From positions 162,699 through 226,698 of IMG/VR virus record IMGVR_UViG_3300025098_000012: 64,000 bases of DNA; one strand, 5' to 3'. Positions 1-8,245 of this stretch are shown piece after piece. The notes beneath the pieces are model-generated. The model searched no databases. It worked only from the letters and a program-made list of their open reading frames with translations, and had not been told where the DNA came from. Each line of letters begins with the position of its first letter. The stretch's first letter is position 1. Both the position numbers and the translations under genes were made by a program.

Positions 1-80
1 TCTGGAACATAATTTGGAGTTGGGCAAGTATGGAGTCCCTGCGAGTCCGAAAATATCTGTTCCATTAACTTCTGATCCAT
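1..80 (-). CDS. Partial hypothetical protein running off the window (MDQKLMEQIFSDSQG...)
   Basis: ATG at 80-78, open to the window edge, with the late-type motif at 102-114 upstream; not in the ORF track. Confidence 0.45.
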   Translation of the reverse strand, partial: MDQKLMEQIFSDSQGLHTCPTPNYVP

Positions 81-84
81 TTTT

Positions 85-603
85 TTAAGCCCCTTCTACG
101 GATAAACAATCTATAGTGTGTATGATTTCTACACTCCTAAAAGACAGGTGGATAGCGTACATTCGTACATCGCCATCTCTCCAAGTCATCACTACCTCTC
201 CCTCAAAGCTCTTAAAAGGACCAGATTTTAATCGAACATAGTCTCCTTGTTTGAAAGAACCCCCTAGATTATCCACTTGCTTGACCATTCTCTTCAAATC
301 AGAGTCGGGGATCACTCCCATACTCATAAGGCCAGTGCGAGAATCTAGTTGAGAGATGATGTCTCTTACTAACCCACATTGCTTTAAACTATAATACTCA
401 ACAGCACCATACCCACTCTTGATGAAGATATACCCTTCCATTAACCAAATAGGTTCATGGTATCTCTGAACCATCAAAGGTATGTATACATCATCAACAT
501 TAAAAGCAGTGTTGGAAACAATTCTATCTTTGAGCGACCCTTTTAGGGCTTCTTCTTCGCCTTTAGTTGAAAGCTCAAGGACAACCCACGAAGTTTCTCT
601 CAT
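85..603 (-). CDS. nusG: NusG/RfaH-like transcription elongation/antitermination factor
   Basis: N-terminal W-VL...GYIFIK NGN-like segment; C-terminal KOW motif FKQGDYVRLKSGPFKSFEGEV. Confidence 0.8.
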   Translation of the reverse strand: MRETSWVVLELSTKGEEEALKGSLKDRIVSNTAFNVDDVYIPLMVQRYHEPIWLMEGYIFIKSGYGAVEYYSLKQCGLVRDIISQLDSRTGLMSMGVIPDSDLKRMVKQVDNLGGSFKQGDYVRLKSGPFKSFEGEVVMTWRDGDVRMYAIHLSFRSVEIIHTIDCLSVEGA

Positions 604-630
604 AGATAACTCACAGTAAAAAGAATGGTG

Positions 631-1824
631 TTAAATAGATACCATTCCTTTTACCATCTTGCTAAAATCCGATAGCGAAAGTTGTTTCTTAGGCGGTACT
701 TTATCCACCTGTGGTTCTGAAACAGCGATTTTTTCTTCAGAAATTGCTTGATGCACTTGTAGGGTTTGTACACCGCCGATCTTCCACTTCAACAAATCAC
801 ACTTGAACATACCACCTGTCGGTCTAATCGGACGACTCGCTAAACTGTCTGCAAGACTTAATAAAGGCATACCATACTTATCCCAAATCTCTTGCAAAAG
901 AGGTCTGTTCCAATATGGGGGTGGCACACCTGCCTTCATACCTAGAGAAATAGCAAACATACACGCAGATTGCAACCTGTCATAAGCAATACCCACAGGA
1001 GTCGATTGCAATAACTCATCGACCAAGCTCAAAGACTTAGAGTTGTCACTCAACAAGAGCTGACAGATAACATCATTACGATCTACATGGAGATATGCCC
1101 TCACACCTAGTAGACCCACCACACCCTCATTCGAGGAAGCTACACCCTCAATCGCTTTTAAAGCATCTCGAATATGACCCTCTGTGAAGTCAGCTATTAA
1201 AACCAACGCTTCACGCTCATACTCGAAGCCTTCCCACTCACACACCTTTTGTAAGCGATCTGCTATTTCTTCTGAGTCCACATGGCGAATGATGAACGCA
1301 GGAGCACACCTACTCAACACAGTCTGTCTCATCTTCTCTGGTTCGGTAGTGGCAAATATACAGACGAGCTTCTTATCGAAGCTACCCCGATCATTCTCCT
1401 CCATCGGCTTCAATAGAGCATCGAGTGCATCCTTAGATAACTGATGGGCCTCATCAAAGAGGTAGAGCTTCTTCTTCCCCGAAAATGAAGAATACCCTAG
1501 TTCCTCTAAGAGCTTCTTCACATCTGCTTTACCACTATTCGTAGCCGCATCTACCTCAATGAATGAGTCATGGCTACCTATTAACATCGCTTTACATGAA
1601 TGACATTCATCACAAGGCTCTCCATTAACAGGAGAGCCACACAATAAAGCACGAGCCATGATCCGACCTAGAGTGGTCTTGCCCGAACCATAAGGACCAG
1701 CGAATAGATAAGACTGTCTCCAACCTGCGTCTGACTTGACAAAGCCTTTGAGCGTTTGGATGGTAGCCTTTTGACCAAGCACATCGCTGTATGTTCTCGG
1801 TCTGTATTTGGTGTCTAAGGACAT
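631..1824 (-). CDS. dnaX: DNA polymerase III gamma/tau clamp-loader ATPase
   Basis: KYRPRTYSDVLGQ, Walker A GPYGSGKTT, Zn motif C...EPCDECHSC, EVDAATNSG, DEAHQLS, SRC motif. Confidence 0.93.
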   Translation of the reverse strand: MSLDTKYRPRTYSDVLGQKATIQTLKGFVKSDAGWRQSYLFAGPYGSGKTTLGRIMARALLCGSPVNGEPCDECHSCKAMLIGSHDSFIEVDAATNSGKADVKKLLEELGYSSFSGKKKLYLFDEAHQLSKDALDALLKPMEENDRGSFDKKLVCIFATTEPEKMRQTVLSRCAPAFIIRHVDSEEIADRLQKVCEWEGFEYEREALVLIADFTEGHIRDALKAIEGVASSNEGVVGLLGVRAYLHVDRNDVICQLLLSDNSKSLSLVDELLQSTPVGIAYDRLQSACMFAISLGMKAGVPPPYWNRPLLQEIWDKYGMPLLSLADSLASRPIRPTGGMFKCDLLKWKIGGVQTLQVHQAISEEKIAVSEPQVDKVPPKKQLSLSDFSKMVKGMVSI

Positions 1825-1899
1825 CTTCTCTCCTCTCGTATAGGTACATATACCTTTATACTATTTCGAGAAGATTTAAGACCCTTAGAAGGGATAAGA

Positions 1900-2379
1900 T
1901 TAAATAACCTCTATCATCCAACCACGACCTAGACCGCCACCAAAAGATCCACGAGATGTCTGTAAGTAATCTTTGATAGCATACGCTATATCAACATCAC
2001 CCTCAAAGCGATCTTCCAAGTCATGAATACCTGCGTTCATATATATATCATCCATCTCAACGGGATGGCTTGCTTCTACTGCTAATGCAAAGTCAAAAAG
2101 ACTCACATTGCAAGACCAATGGTTATCTGGACAGATAAAGTTGATCTTTGATCTTTCTCCATTAGGGATGATGTTTACAACACATCGACCTGTTGCTTGG
2201 CTTTTGACCATTGAAAGTAGCTCTTGGACTGTCATCCTCTCCACTTCGTTTCTTGGTGATCCTGTAGAGATTGACACCTTGATCTTCGAGCTTGCTGTAC
2301 GATTTGAAGCTGTTTTGGACTCAAGTCGAGCAATCCTTTGCTCAAGGTCTTTGATGATTTCACTAGCAGATCTTCTCAT
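1900..2379 (-). CDS. MRRSASE-leader cassette protein (putative virion-internal cargo)
   Basis: ATG at 2379 after GGAG RBS; leader MRRSASEIIKDLEQRIARLESKTASNRTAS; unrelated C-terminal payload. Confidence 0.8.
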   Translation of the reverse strand: MRRSASEIIKDLEQRIARLESKTASNRTASSKIKVSISTGSPRNEVERMTVQELLSMVKSQATGRCVVNIIPNGERSKINFICPDNHWSCNVSLFDFALAVEASHPVEMDDIYMNAGIHDLEDRFEGDVDIAYAIKDYLQTSRGSFGGGLGRGWMIEVI

Positions 2380-2439
2380 GGTTTTTCTCCATTGGTTTAA
2401 GGTTAAAGAGATCACTTATGAGAGGGTATAAATAAACTA
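2358..2439 (-). repeat. 82-bp promoter-UTR-leader cassette, exact inverted copy of 56387-56468
   Basis: Base-by-base identity between the two loci; diverged copies at 5077-5165, 25199-25241, 42979-43036, 50040-50140 and, coding part only, 52613-52669 and 22925-22979. Confidence 0.95.
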
Positions 2440-2440
2440 C
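2427..2440 (-). promoter_or_regulatory. Putative late-promoter motif (sense RTAGTTTATTTAT-like), representative copy
   Basis: Minus-sense copies at 102, 2427, 4620, 5151, 8214, 11852, 15233, 24196, 25228, 26141, 33528, 36237, 39801, 43024, 48806, 49611, 50127, 53623; plus-sense copies at 18111, 54438, 56385, 58476; nearly always oriented toward a downstream start. Confidence 0.75.
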
Positions 2441-2485
2441 AAATAAAGTACCATTAGCATGATGTTGTTTCCTCATCTGTCTCTA

Positions 2486-2758
2486 TTACCCGATCAGACT
2501 CTTGAAGATGCTTTTGTCGAGAGGCTTCATGGTGATCTCACCATTCTTCATAGTGGCTGATTGTGCATCAAGTACCCAAGCACCCTTCTCAGAAGGTACG
2601 ATTTGGATTTGATACTGCACCCCGTCCTCGTAGTTCATCTTCTCCTCAGAGAAAGAGGGAAGTGGAGTACAGAAGAGAGTCGGTGAGTTCCCATGTGGCA
2701 GAGCATTTACTGCCTCTTTTAGATCATTAAGAGTAGGGATGATAGTTGGTTGTAGCAT
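2486..2758 (-). CDS. Hypothetical protein
   Basis: AGGAG RBS; GTAACCCCTTAT motif upstream at 2815-2830. Confidence 0.7.
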   Translation of the reverse strand: MLQPTIIPTLNDLKEAVNALPHGNSPTLFCTPLPSFSEEKMNYEDGVQYQIQIVPSEKGAWVLDAQSATMKNGEITMKPLDKSIFKSLIG

Positions 2759-2814
2759 ATTTTCTCCTTATTGAGAGTGGAAGTTGGTGGGCTTCATTGC
2801 CCCGATACTATGAT

Positions 2815-2830
2815 ATAGATAAGGGGTTAC
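2815..2830 (-). promoter_or_regulatory. Putative early/middle promoter motif GTAACCCCTTATYYAT, representative copy
   Basis: Seven copies: 2815-2830(-), 15261-15276(+), 15608-15623(+), 39102-39117(-), 39822-39837(+), 58173-58188(-), 58456-58471(-), all intergenic and oriented toward a downstream unit. Confidence 0.75.
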
Positions 2831-2881
2831 ACACCACATTCTCGGTATCATTCATATAAAGGGAATGGGAGACAAGACACC

Positions 2882-4003
2882 ATGCAAGTTAAAATAGAAA
2901 ACTACCAATCAATCAAACACGCTGAGTTTGAGGTCAAAGGTCTGACTGTCATTACAGGACCGAATAACACAGGCAAGTCTGCTTGTGCGAGAGCCATTGC
3001 AGGTGCTTTCTCTAACGCTAGGGGTTATTCTCATGTTCGCAAAGGTGAAAAGTCATCAAAAGTCTCCATCGACTTTGATGATGGCAACTCGGTCATTTGG
3101 GAAAAGGGAAAAGGGGTCAACAAATATGAGATCAACGGACAAAAGCTAGATAAGGTTGGATCAAAGACTCCCGATGAACTTGATGACTTAAACATTATTT
3201 CAGTAGATGTAGATGGAAAAACTGTCTGGCCTCAGATAGCTAGACAGTTTGAACAAATCTTCTTGCTTGATATGCCCCCTAGTGTCCTCTCTAGTGCCTT
3301 GTCTGATGTCAAGACGATAGAAGCCTTAGAGAAAGCCTCAAGTTTCTCTAGGAGCGAAACTAAGAGCCTTAATCAACGCATTAAGATTAAGCATGAGGAC
3401 TTAGAGTATGAGCGTAAACGATTACCTAAGTTCAATGAACTGTCAGACGCAGAAAAAGCAATCAATCATATAAATGATCTTGAGGGGTCGATTAAGACCC
3501 TTGAAGAAAGAGTTAAAAAGCTAGAGGCAATCAAAGAAAAGAGAGAAAACCTTATGTTTCAAACACAGTTCGTATCTGCCTTGCAAAATGTACACTTTCC
3601 ACAGGTCAACCCACATGACTTCATGGGGATCAAAGACCTTGAGCGTATCCGTAGAGAAAAGAACCGACTAAGGATCATGGAAGGTATCGTAGGTGTCGGC
3701 TTAACATCATTCCCATCTTTGCCCGATGTGGAGGTCAAAGACCATAGACCACTTGAGCGAGTCTTGAATAAGCGTAAAGAGCTTGACCAAACAATCAAGT
3801 CAATCTCTATGCTAGAGGTCGAACTACCAAAAGTAGATACCACTATCGAGAATGACCTCAAAATCGCTTCGGAACGCTTTGAACTGTTCAGTCGCATCTC
3901 TCGCACCGAACGAGAGGTAGAAAAGCTCACAGAGGAGCTTGACGCTATCAAATGCGAGATTGGTGATACTTGTCCTTTATGTGAACAAGGTATCGACCAC
4001 TAA
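2882..4003 (+). CDS. SbcC/Rad50-like ATPase, N-terminal half ending at the zinc hook
   Basis: IENYQSIKH, Walker A GPNNTGKS, Q-loop region, coiled coil, terminal CPLC; no signature or Walker B motif. Confidence 0.8.
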   Translation: MQVKIENYQSIKHAEFEVKGLTVITGPNNTGKSACARAIAGAFSNARGYSHVRKGEKSSKVSIDFDDGNSVIWEKGKGVNKYEINGQKLDKVGSKTPDELDDLNIISVDVDGKTVWPQIARQFEQIFLLDMPPSVLSSALSDVKTIEALEKASSFSRSETKSLNQRIKIKHEDLEYERKRLPKFNELSDAEKAINHINDLEGSIKTLEERVKKLEAIKEKRENLMFQTQFVSALQNVHFPQVNPHDFMGIKDLERIRREKNRLRIMEGIVGVGLTSFPSLPDVEVKDHRPLERVLNKRKELDQTIKSISMLEVELPKVDTTIENDLKIASERFELFSRISRTEREVEKLTEELDAIKCEIGDTCPLCEQGIDH

Positions 4004-4057
4004 CTCACTTTGTCTCTTCTTTAATCACTTTGAGGACTGAGATTTCTAGCGAGTATA

Positions 4058-4588
4058 TTAAAATCTATACCCCATGCCATAGATCAAACCCCAAACCAAA
4101 TCACCATCTGGATTATATGGTGAGGTTGTCACCCCTGCATACATAGTGCTGTCTTCGTCTTTAACGAACTTCAAACGAAACGCACCCACAGGGAAGAACT
4201 GACCATTAAGAGTAATCGTGTGTCCGACTGAAGCACCAACATCAAGACCTAAAGATTTCTTGTCAGAGATCTCATATCCTAATAACTCATAACTCGCACC
4301 TAGCATAAGACTAGGTGGTGTCTGAGACTCTACAAGTAAACCTTCCTCTGTAAACCTTTTGTTAGAGGAGGTAGGTAGATTGAACACAACCCATAATGCA
4401 AAGTTCTCATACATCTTACGAGATAAGATGAATGTGGCAGAGTTCGTAGGTACAGGTATTGAACCCTCTTCGTACCCACCGATGAACATTTGCGTTGTGC
4501 CTAGACTCACTTCCCAGTTATTCTCTTCAGCGTGAGAAATCGTAGAGGTGAGCAAGAAAGATAAGAGTAAAGCGATAGTAAGTCTCAT
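4058..4588 (-). CDS. Secreted outer-membrane beta-barrel-like protein
   Basis: Signal peptide MRLTIALLLSFLLTSTISHA, amphipathic strands, C-terminal YGMGYRF. Confidence 0.6.
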   Translation of the reverse strand: MRLTIALLLSFLLTSTISHAEENNWEVSLGTTQMFIGGYEEGSIPVPTNSATFILSRKMYENFALWVVFNLPTSSNKRFTEEGLLVESQTPPSLMLGASYELLGYEISDKKSLGLDVGASVGHTITLNGQFFPVGAFRLKFVKDEDSTMYAGVTTSPYNPDGDLVWGLIYGMGYRF

Positions 4589-4636
4589 GGTGTCTCTCCT
4601 TTATGGATAAAAGACACCGATAAAGAGACTATTAAT

Positions 4637-4688
4637 CCCTAGATACGAAAAACCCCCCCCAAAATCTCAAAGGGAGATGAGGTTCTTT
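4637..4688 (-). terminator. Rho-independent terminator, variant copy of the capsid terminator
   Basis: AAAGAACCTCATCT...GAGAT...GGGGTTTTT.GTATCTAGGG, homologous to 6501-6547. Confidence 0.65.
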
Positions 4689-4695
4689 ATAGACC

Positions 4696-5103
4696 CTACA
4701 GGCTGTTTTTTGCTCTGCGAATAACAGCAGGAGATGAAAGTCGATCACCCTTATTAGCACCCTCAATGATAGCAACCCAAGCCTCAACTGGAGAACTCGC
4801 TCTCAACTTCTTCTGTAAAGCCTCTCCCCACACTTGAATGTCCTGTTTAGTCATTTTTTGTGACTTCCAAGAGATCTTCTCTGATCCACCTCTAGTGTAT
4901 TCTAGCGTCATGGTAAACATAGCAATACCATTATCATCTTCAACTGTAGCTGAGTATCCTTCATCACTTTCTACAACACGACCCATAACGAGCGTAGAAA
5001 ATGCCTCCTCAGACCAAGAAAAAGCAAAAGGATTTGCTTGCTTTTCAAGACGGGCGATTCTCATCTCAAGATTTCTGATTACTTCACTAGCTGATCTTCT
5101 CAT
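4696..5103 (-). CDS. MRRSASE-leader cassette protein
   Basis: Leader MRRSASEVIRNLEMRIARLEKQA; cassette UTR and late motif at 5104-5165. Confidence 0.8.
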   Translation of the reverse strand: MRRSASEVIRNLEMRIARLEKQANPFAFSWSEEAFSTLVMGRVVESDEGYSATVEDDNGIAMFTMTLEYTRGGSEKISWKSQKMTKQDIQVWGEALQKKLRASSPVEAWVAIIEGANKGDRLSSPAVIRRAKNSL

Positions 5104-5170
5104 GTTTTTTCTCCATTGGTTTTTGGTTAATGAGATCACCTATGTGAAGATATAAATAAACTATTGAAAT

Positions 5171-5196
5171 CCCTAGATACAAAAAAACCCCATCTC
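5171..5196. repeat. 26-bp direct repeat (half terminator) identical to 6501-6526
   Basis: CCCTAGATACAAAAAAACCCCATCTC at both sites, flanking the LAGLIDADG gene and a membrane gene. Confidence 0.9.
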
Positions 5197-6106
5197 ACTC
5201 CACACCAAACTTAACCATCCAACGACCAATCGTACTCGCACCCACATCAAGATACTTGGCAATCCTACGCTGACTCCAACCCTTACTCCTTAAGTCCTCT
5301 AAGATGCCTTTGTCCATCTTCTTCTTGATAGCATTGTTGCGACCTTGAAAACCAAAGTCCAACTTGTAAGACATACAATCGGGTACATGAGGCTTAATGA
5401 TCTCAATGAAACGATCAGCGTTATCACCCTTAAAGTGAAACTCTCCTGCCTCCCCTTTTTTATGTGTCCAGTTAGGAGCTAAACCAAACTTCTCAAAGAT
5501 TAAGTAAGCGTTAGCTCGACTCCCCTGTTTTGCTCCAAAACAAATCTGAGGCCAATGTCCTGCATTACCATCATCGAGATACCACATAGCCAAAGCTAAC
5601 TCATCTACTTGGTCTATAACATCAGACTTAACAACTTTCCAACCCTTATCCCTATCCTCATAGAACAAGTCTCGATACTCATTAAGCATTGGGTGAGCGT
5701 GGGTGCGAAAGATATATGAGGTAAAATCTCGGCTCTTCGCTGTGGTTAACTCACCACTTGACCATTTGCCCCACTTCTCTTGCTTCCACTCAAGATACTC
5801 TTTCTGATTCGGTGCGTGTCGTTCCTCATAGTGTGAAGCGTTCGTTCTAAAGGCAATACGACCGTCACCTAGCATAGAACCAATAAGGATTGATCTTAAC
5901 TCCCCCTCAATCTTTGGTAGCTCAAGACGATCATATTTAGCCACTGTCTCAATCTCATAGCGTAGTCTCCAACTACGGACACGCTTTATGCTTGAGTCAA
6001 CACCCTCAGAAATCAACAAATCGTTAATCTGCTCCTGTGTTAAGTATTGCTTAGTATAGAGGTCTTCAAAACGCTCTTTAGATATAGGGCATGGTATCGC
6101 TCTCAT
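5195..6106 (-). mobile_element. Free-standing LAGLIDADG homing endonuclease with C-terminal HTH
   Basis: Two motifs, ILIGSMLGDG and LAMWYLDDG; terminal WSQRRIAKYLDVGASTIGRW; ATG at 6106 overlaps the upstream stop (ATGA). Confidence 0.85.
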
Positions 6107-6420
6107 AACCAACCACCCCCTAGATCCTCTTTTCCTGTCAGCAACCAATATACTGTCGCAATCATAAAAAGAGTCATACAGATAAGAAAGTACACAAATC
6201 CTACGATAACAAGTACCCCAATAGAGTTCAAGTTGAGATCAGAAAAGACAAAACCCCAAAAACCTTCCCAACTGAAGTAGCCAAGTAGCCCCCCTATGAC
6301 GAATCCTGTTAAACAAGTCATAAAGACAGACAAGTACAGGCTACACAAAGTAAGGAGGAACTTCCCTACCTTATGTACTAGGAAGCATACCCTGTTGAAG
6401 ATGCGTTCAAAAGCGTTCAT
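6103..6420 (-). CDS. Small membrane protein
   Basis: Two to three hydrophobic segments; GAGG RBS; coupled to the endonuclease gene. Confidence 0.65.
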   Translation of the reverse strand: MNAFERIFNRVCFLVHKVGKFLLTLCSLYLSVFMTCLTGFVIGGLLGYFSWEGFWGFVFSDLNLNSIGVLVIVGFVYFLICMTLFMIATVYWLLTGKEDLGGGWL

Positions 6421-6500
6421 AATGACCTCTTTAGGTTCTTGTGTGGTTGGTTGTGTTCCATTTGTACCACTATGAACCTAAAGAGGTCAAGATTTATTTC

Positions 6501-6547
6501 CCCTAGATACAAAAAAACCCCATCTCCCGAAGAAGATGAGGTTCTTT
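6501..6547 (-). terminator. Rho-independent terminator downstream of the major capsid gene
   Basis: AACCTCATCT-loop-AGATGGGGTT followed by a T-run on the minus strand. Confidence 0.8.
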
Positions 6548-6605
6548 CTAAGTACCTCTTACACCTACTAAGTAGGCGAATGTACAAGCATTGTTATCTT
6601 AAAGA

Positions 6606-7484
6606 TTAACGCTGTACAGTAAGACGAGCAAGACCACGAGGGTTGTAAGCTCCGATACCCAAGTTTTCAAAGACACTGAAGCCGATTGTACGAGCTTTAG
6701 GATCGTCAGCAGAAAGGACGGTCAACTCGGTACGAACAGGGATACGACCAAACATCTCTGGCTCACAGCAGACATAAACAGTTCCAACAGGAACAAGTCG
6801 GCTAGTGATGATCTGAGCACCCCAAAGGGTAGCCTGTAGACCAGTCTTGAGAAGTGCCGCTTGGCTCTCGATGTCGAGAATGTCACGACCGAACTTACGG
6901 ATGTCAGCGTAATCACGAGCATTCATGAATACACGAGCAACACGAAGGTCATGACGCTCAATGAGGCTGTATGCGTCAGCAAGAACAGCACCATTAAGAG
7001 GAGCGATAACAGGAATGTCAGCGTTAGTCTGACCTGCAACGCTATCAAATCCGTTAGCCGCAACTGCATCAAGGATAGCGAATACACGCTCGTCCTCAGC
7101 CGCTTGGATTTGAGCACGAGCAAGATCCTGAGCACGCTCGATAAGGTCGAACCTACGCTCTTTGATCTGTGTGAGTGGGATCTCTGGGTTAGAAGCGATC
7201 TCAAACAATGGGAAGATAACCCTGCGTGGCTTGGTGATAGCAAGGATGTTCTCACCCTCTTCACCAACTACGAAAGCAGTCACATCGGGATCTTTGTCGT
7301 AGATAGGTAAAGCACCATCTGGAAGTTGCTCGACTAAGAAAGTCTTACGACCAACAGAGGTGTAATCTCTACGAAGGCGAAGTGGTTGAGTCATTGAAGC
7401 GGCGAGCTTCGCACGACCCTGTGGAGTCTTAATGTAGTCAGAAATGATCTTCTGTTTTACGGCATTATCAACTGTATTACTCAT
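6606..7484 (-). CDS. Major capsid protein (HK97 fold)
   Basis: 292 aa; HK97-like pattern (VVGEEGE, FEIASNPEI, MNARDYADI, LWGAQIITS, ENLGIGAYNP); lies after protease, scaffold and decoration genes. Confidence 0.85.
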   Translation of the reverse strand: MSNTVDNAVKQKIISDYIKTPQGRAKLAASMTQPLRLRRDYTSVGRKTFLVEQLPDGALPIYDKDPDVTAFVVGEEGENILAITKPRRVIFPLFEIASNPEIPLTQIKERRFDLIERAQDLARAQIQAAEDERVFAILDAVAANGFDSVAGQTNADIPVIAPLNGAVLADAYSLIERHDLRVARVFMNARDYADIRKFGRDILDIESQAALLKTGLQATLWGAQIITSRLVPVGTVYVCCEPEMFGRIPVRTELTVLSADDPKARTIGFSVFENLGIGAYNPRGLARLTVQR

Positions 7485-7506
7485 AATAAATCACTCTTCC
7501 TTTCTA

Positions 7507-8100
7507 TCAAATGCGTTGGTCGTATACCAACTCATCAGAAGTTGAGTCGGGAGCGATTTTAAGAATACCGATAGTAGTAGTATCAGTATGAGCGTTTGCG
7601 TTTCCTGTCTCAGTAGTCAAGAAACCATTACGAGAAGCAACAAGTGAAGCACCTGGAACATATGCTTGAGTCAAAGCTCCACCACCGTTGTCAATACGGA
7701 TTGTCTCATAAAGAAGGTTTGCGTAAGTACCTTGTGCAGAAACATAAGGTCCTCGGTTTGACGCAACACCTGGTTGGTTTTCAAAAGCATTGCCCGAAGC
7801 ATTGTTGATGAAAACACCAAGTACACGCTCAGTTGCAGGTGCAACAGCCTGTGAAGGCCCACCATGCTCATTAGCAGTACCACGAGTAAAAGCGATAGAA
7901 CCACTAAGTACACCGAGTACATTTGTTAAAAGTCCAGGAGCGGTGGTAGTATCACCGTTACCTGCAAAATCTACGGGGTTAGACTGAGTGAAAGCACTGC
8001 TGTGTAGTTGACCTACAGTGTTACGCACACCAACATGGAGGATACGCAACGCAGAGCTTGACTCTGTAAAACCACCACTAGCTTGTCCAAGTAGAGCCAT
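7507..8100 (-). CDS. Probable head decoration/cement protein
   Basis: Gly/Ala/Thr-rich 197 aa directly upstream of the capsid gene, with a late motif at 8214. Confidence 0.55.
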   Translation of the reverse strand: MALLGQASGGFTESSSALRILHVGVRNTVGQLHSSAFTQSNPVDFAGNGDTTTAPGLLTNVLGVLSGSIAFTRGTANEHGGPSQAVAPATERVLGVFINNASGNAFENQPGVASNRGPYVSAQGTYANLLYETIRIDNGGGALTQAYVPGASLVASRNGFLTTETGNANAHTDTTTIGILKIAPDSTSDELVYDQRI

Positions 8101-8245
8101 GAGATTTCTCCTATTTAGCTCGTACTCTCTGTTTTCAAGAGAGTAGTGTTGTGTTGAAATAGGGTGGTCTTACAACCAACCCCGAAAAGGTTTTCCAATA
8201 TAATAGCGTCAGATATAAATAAACTATTACAAGTTTATCTATATC

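Noticed and set aside
2427-2434. T4-type late promoter TATAAATA
   Set aside because: It appears on the strand opposite to the downstream genes, and many copies (TATAAAGA, ATAAACAA) break it while keeping the CTA[TC] end; the reverse-complement reading fits orientation
6606-7484. Encapsulin rather than capsid
   Set aside because: Context includes protease, scaffold, decoration, portal and phage replication genes
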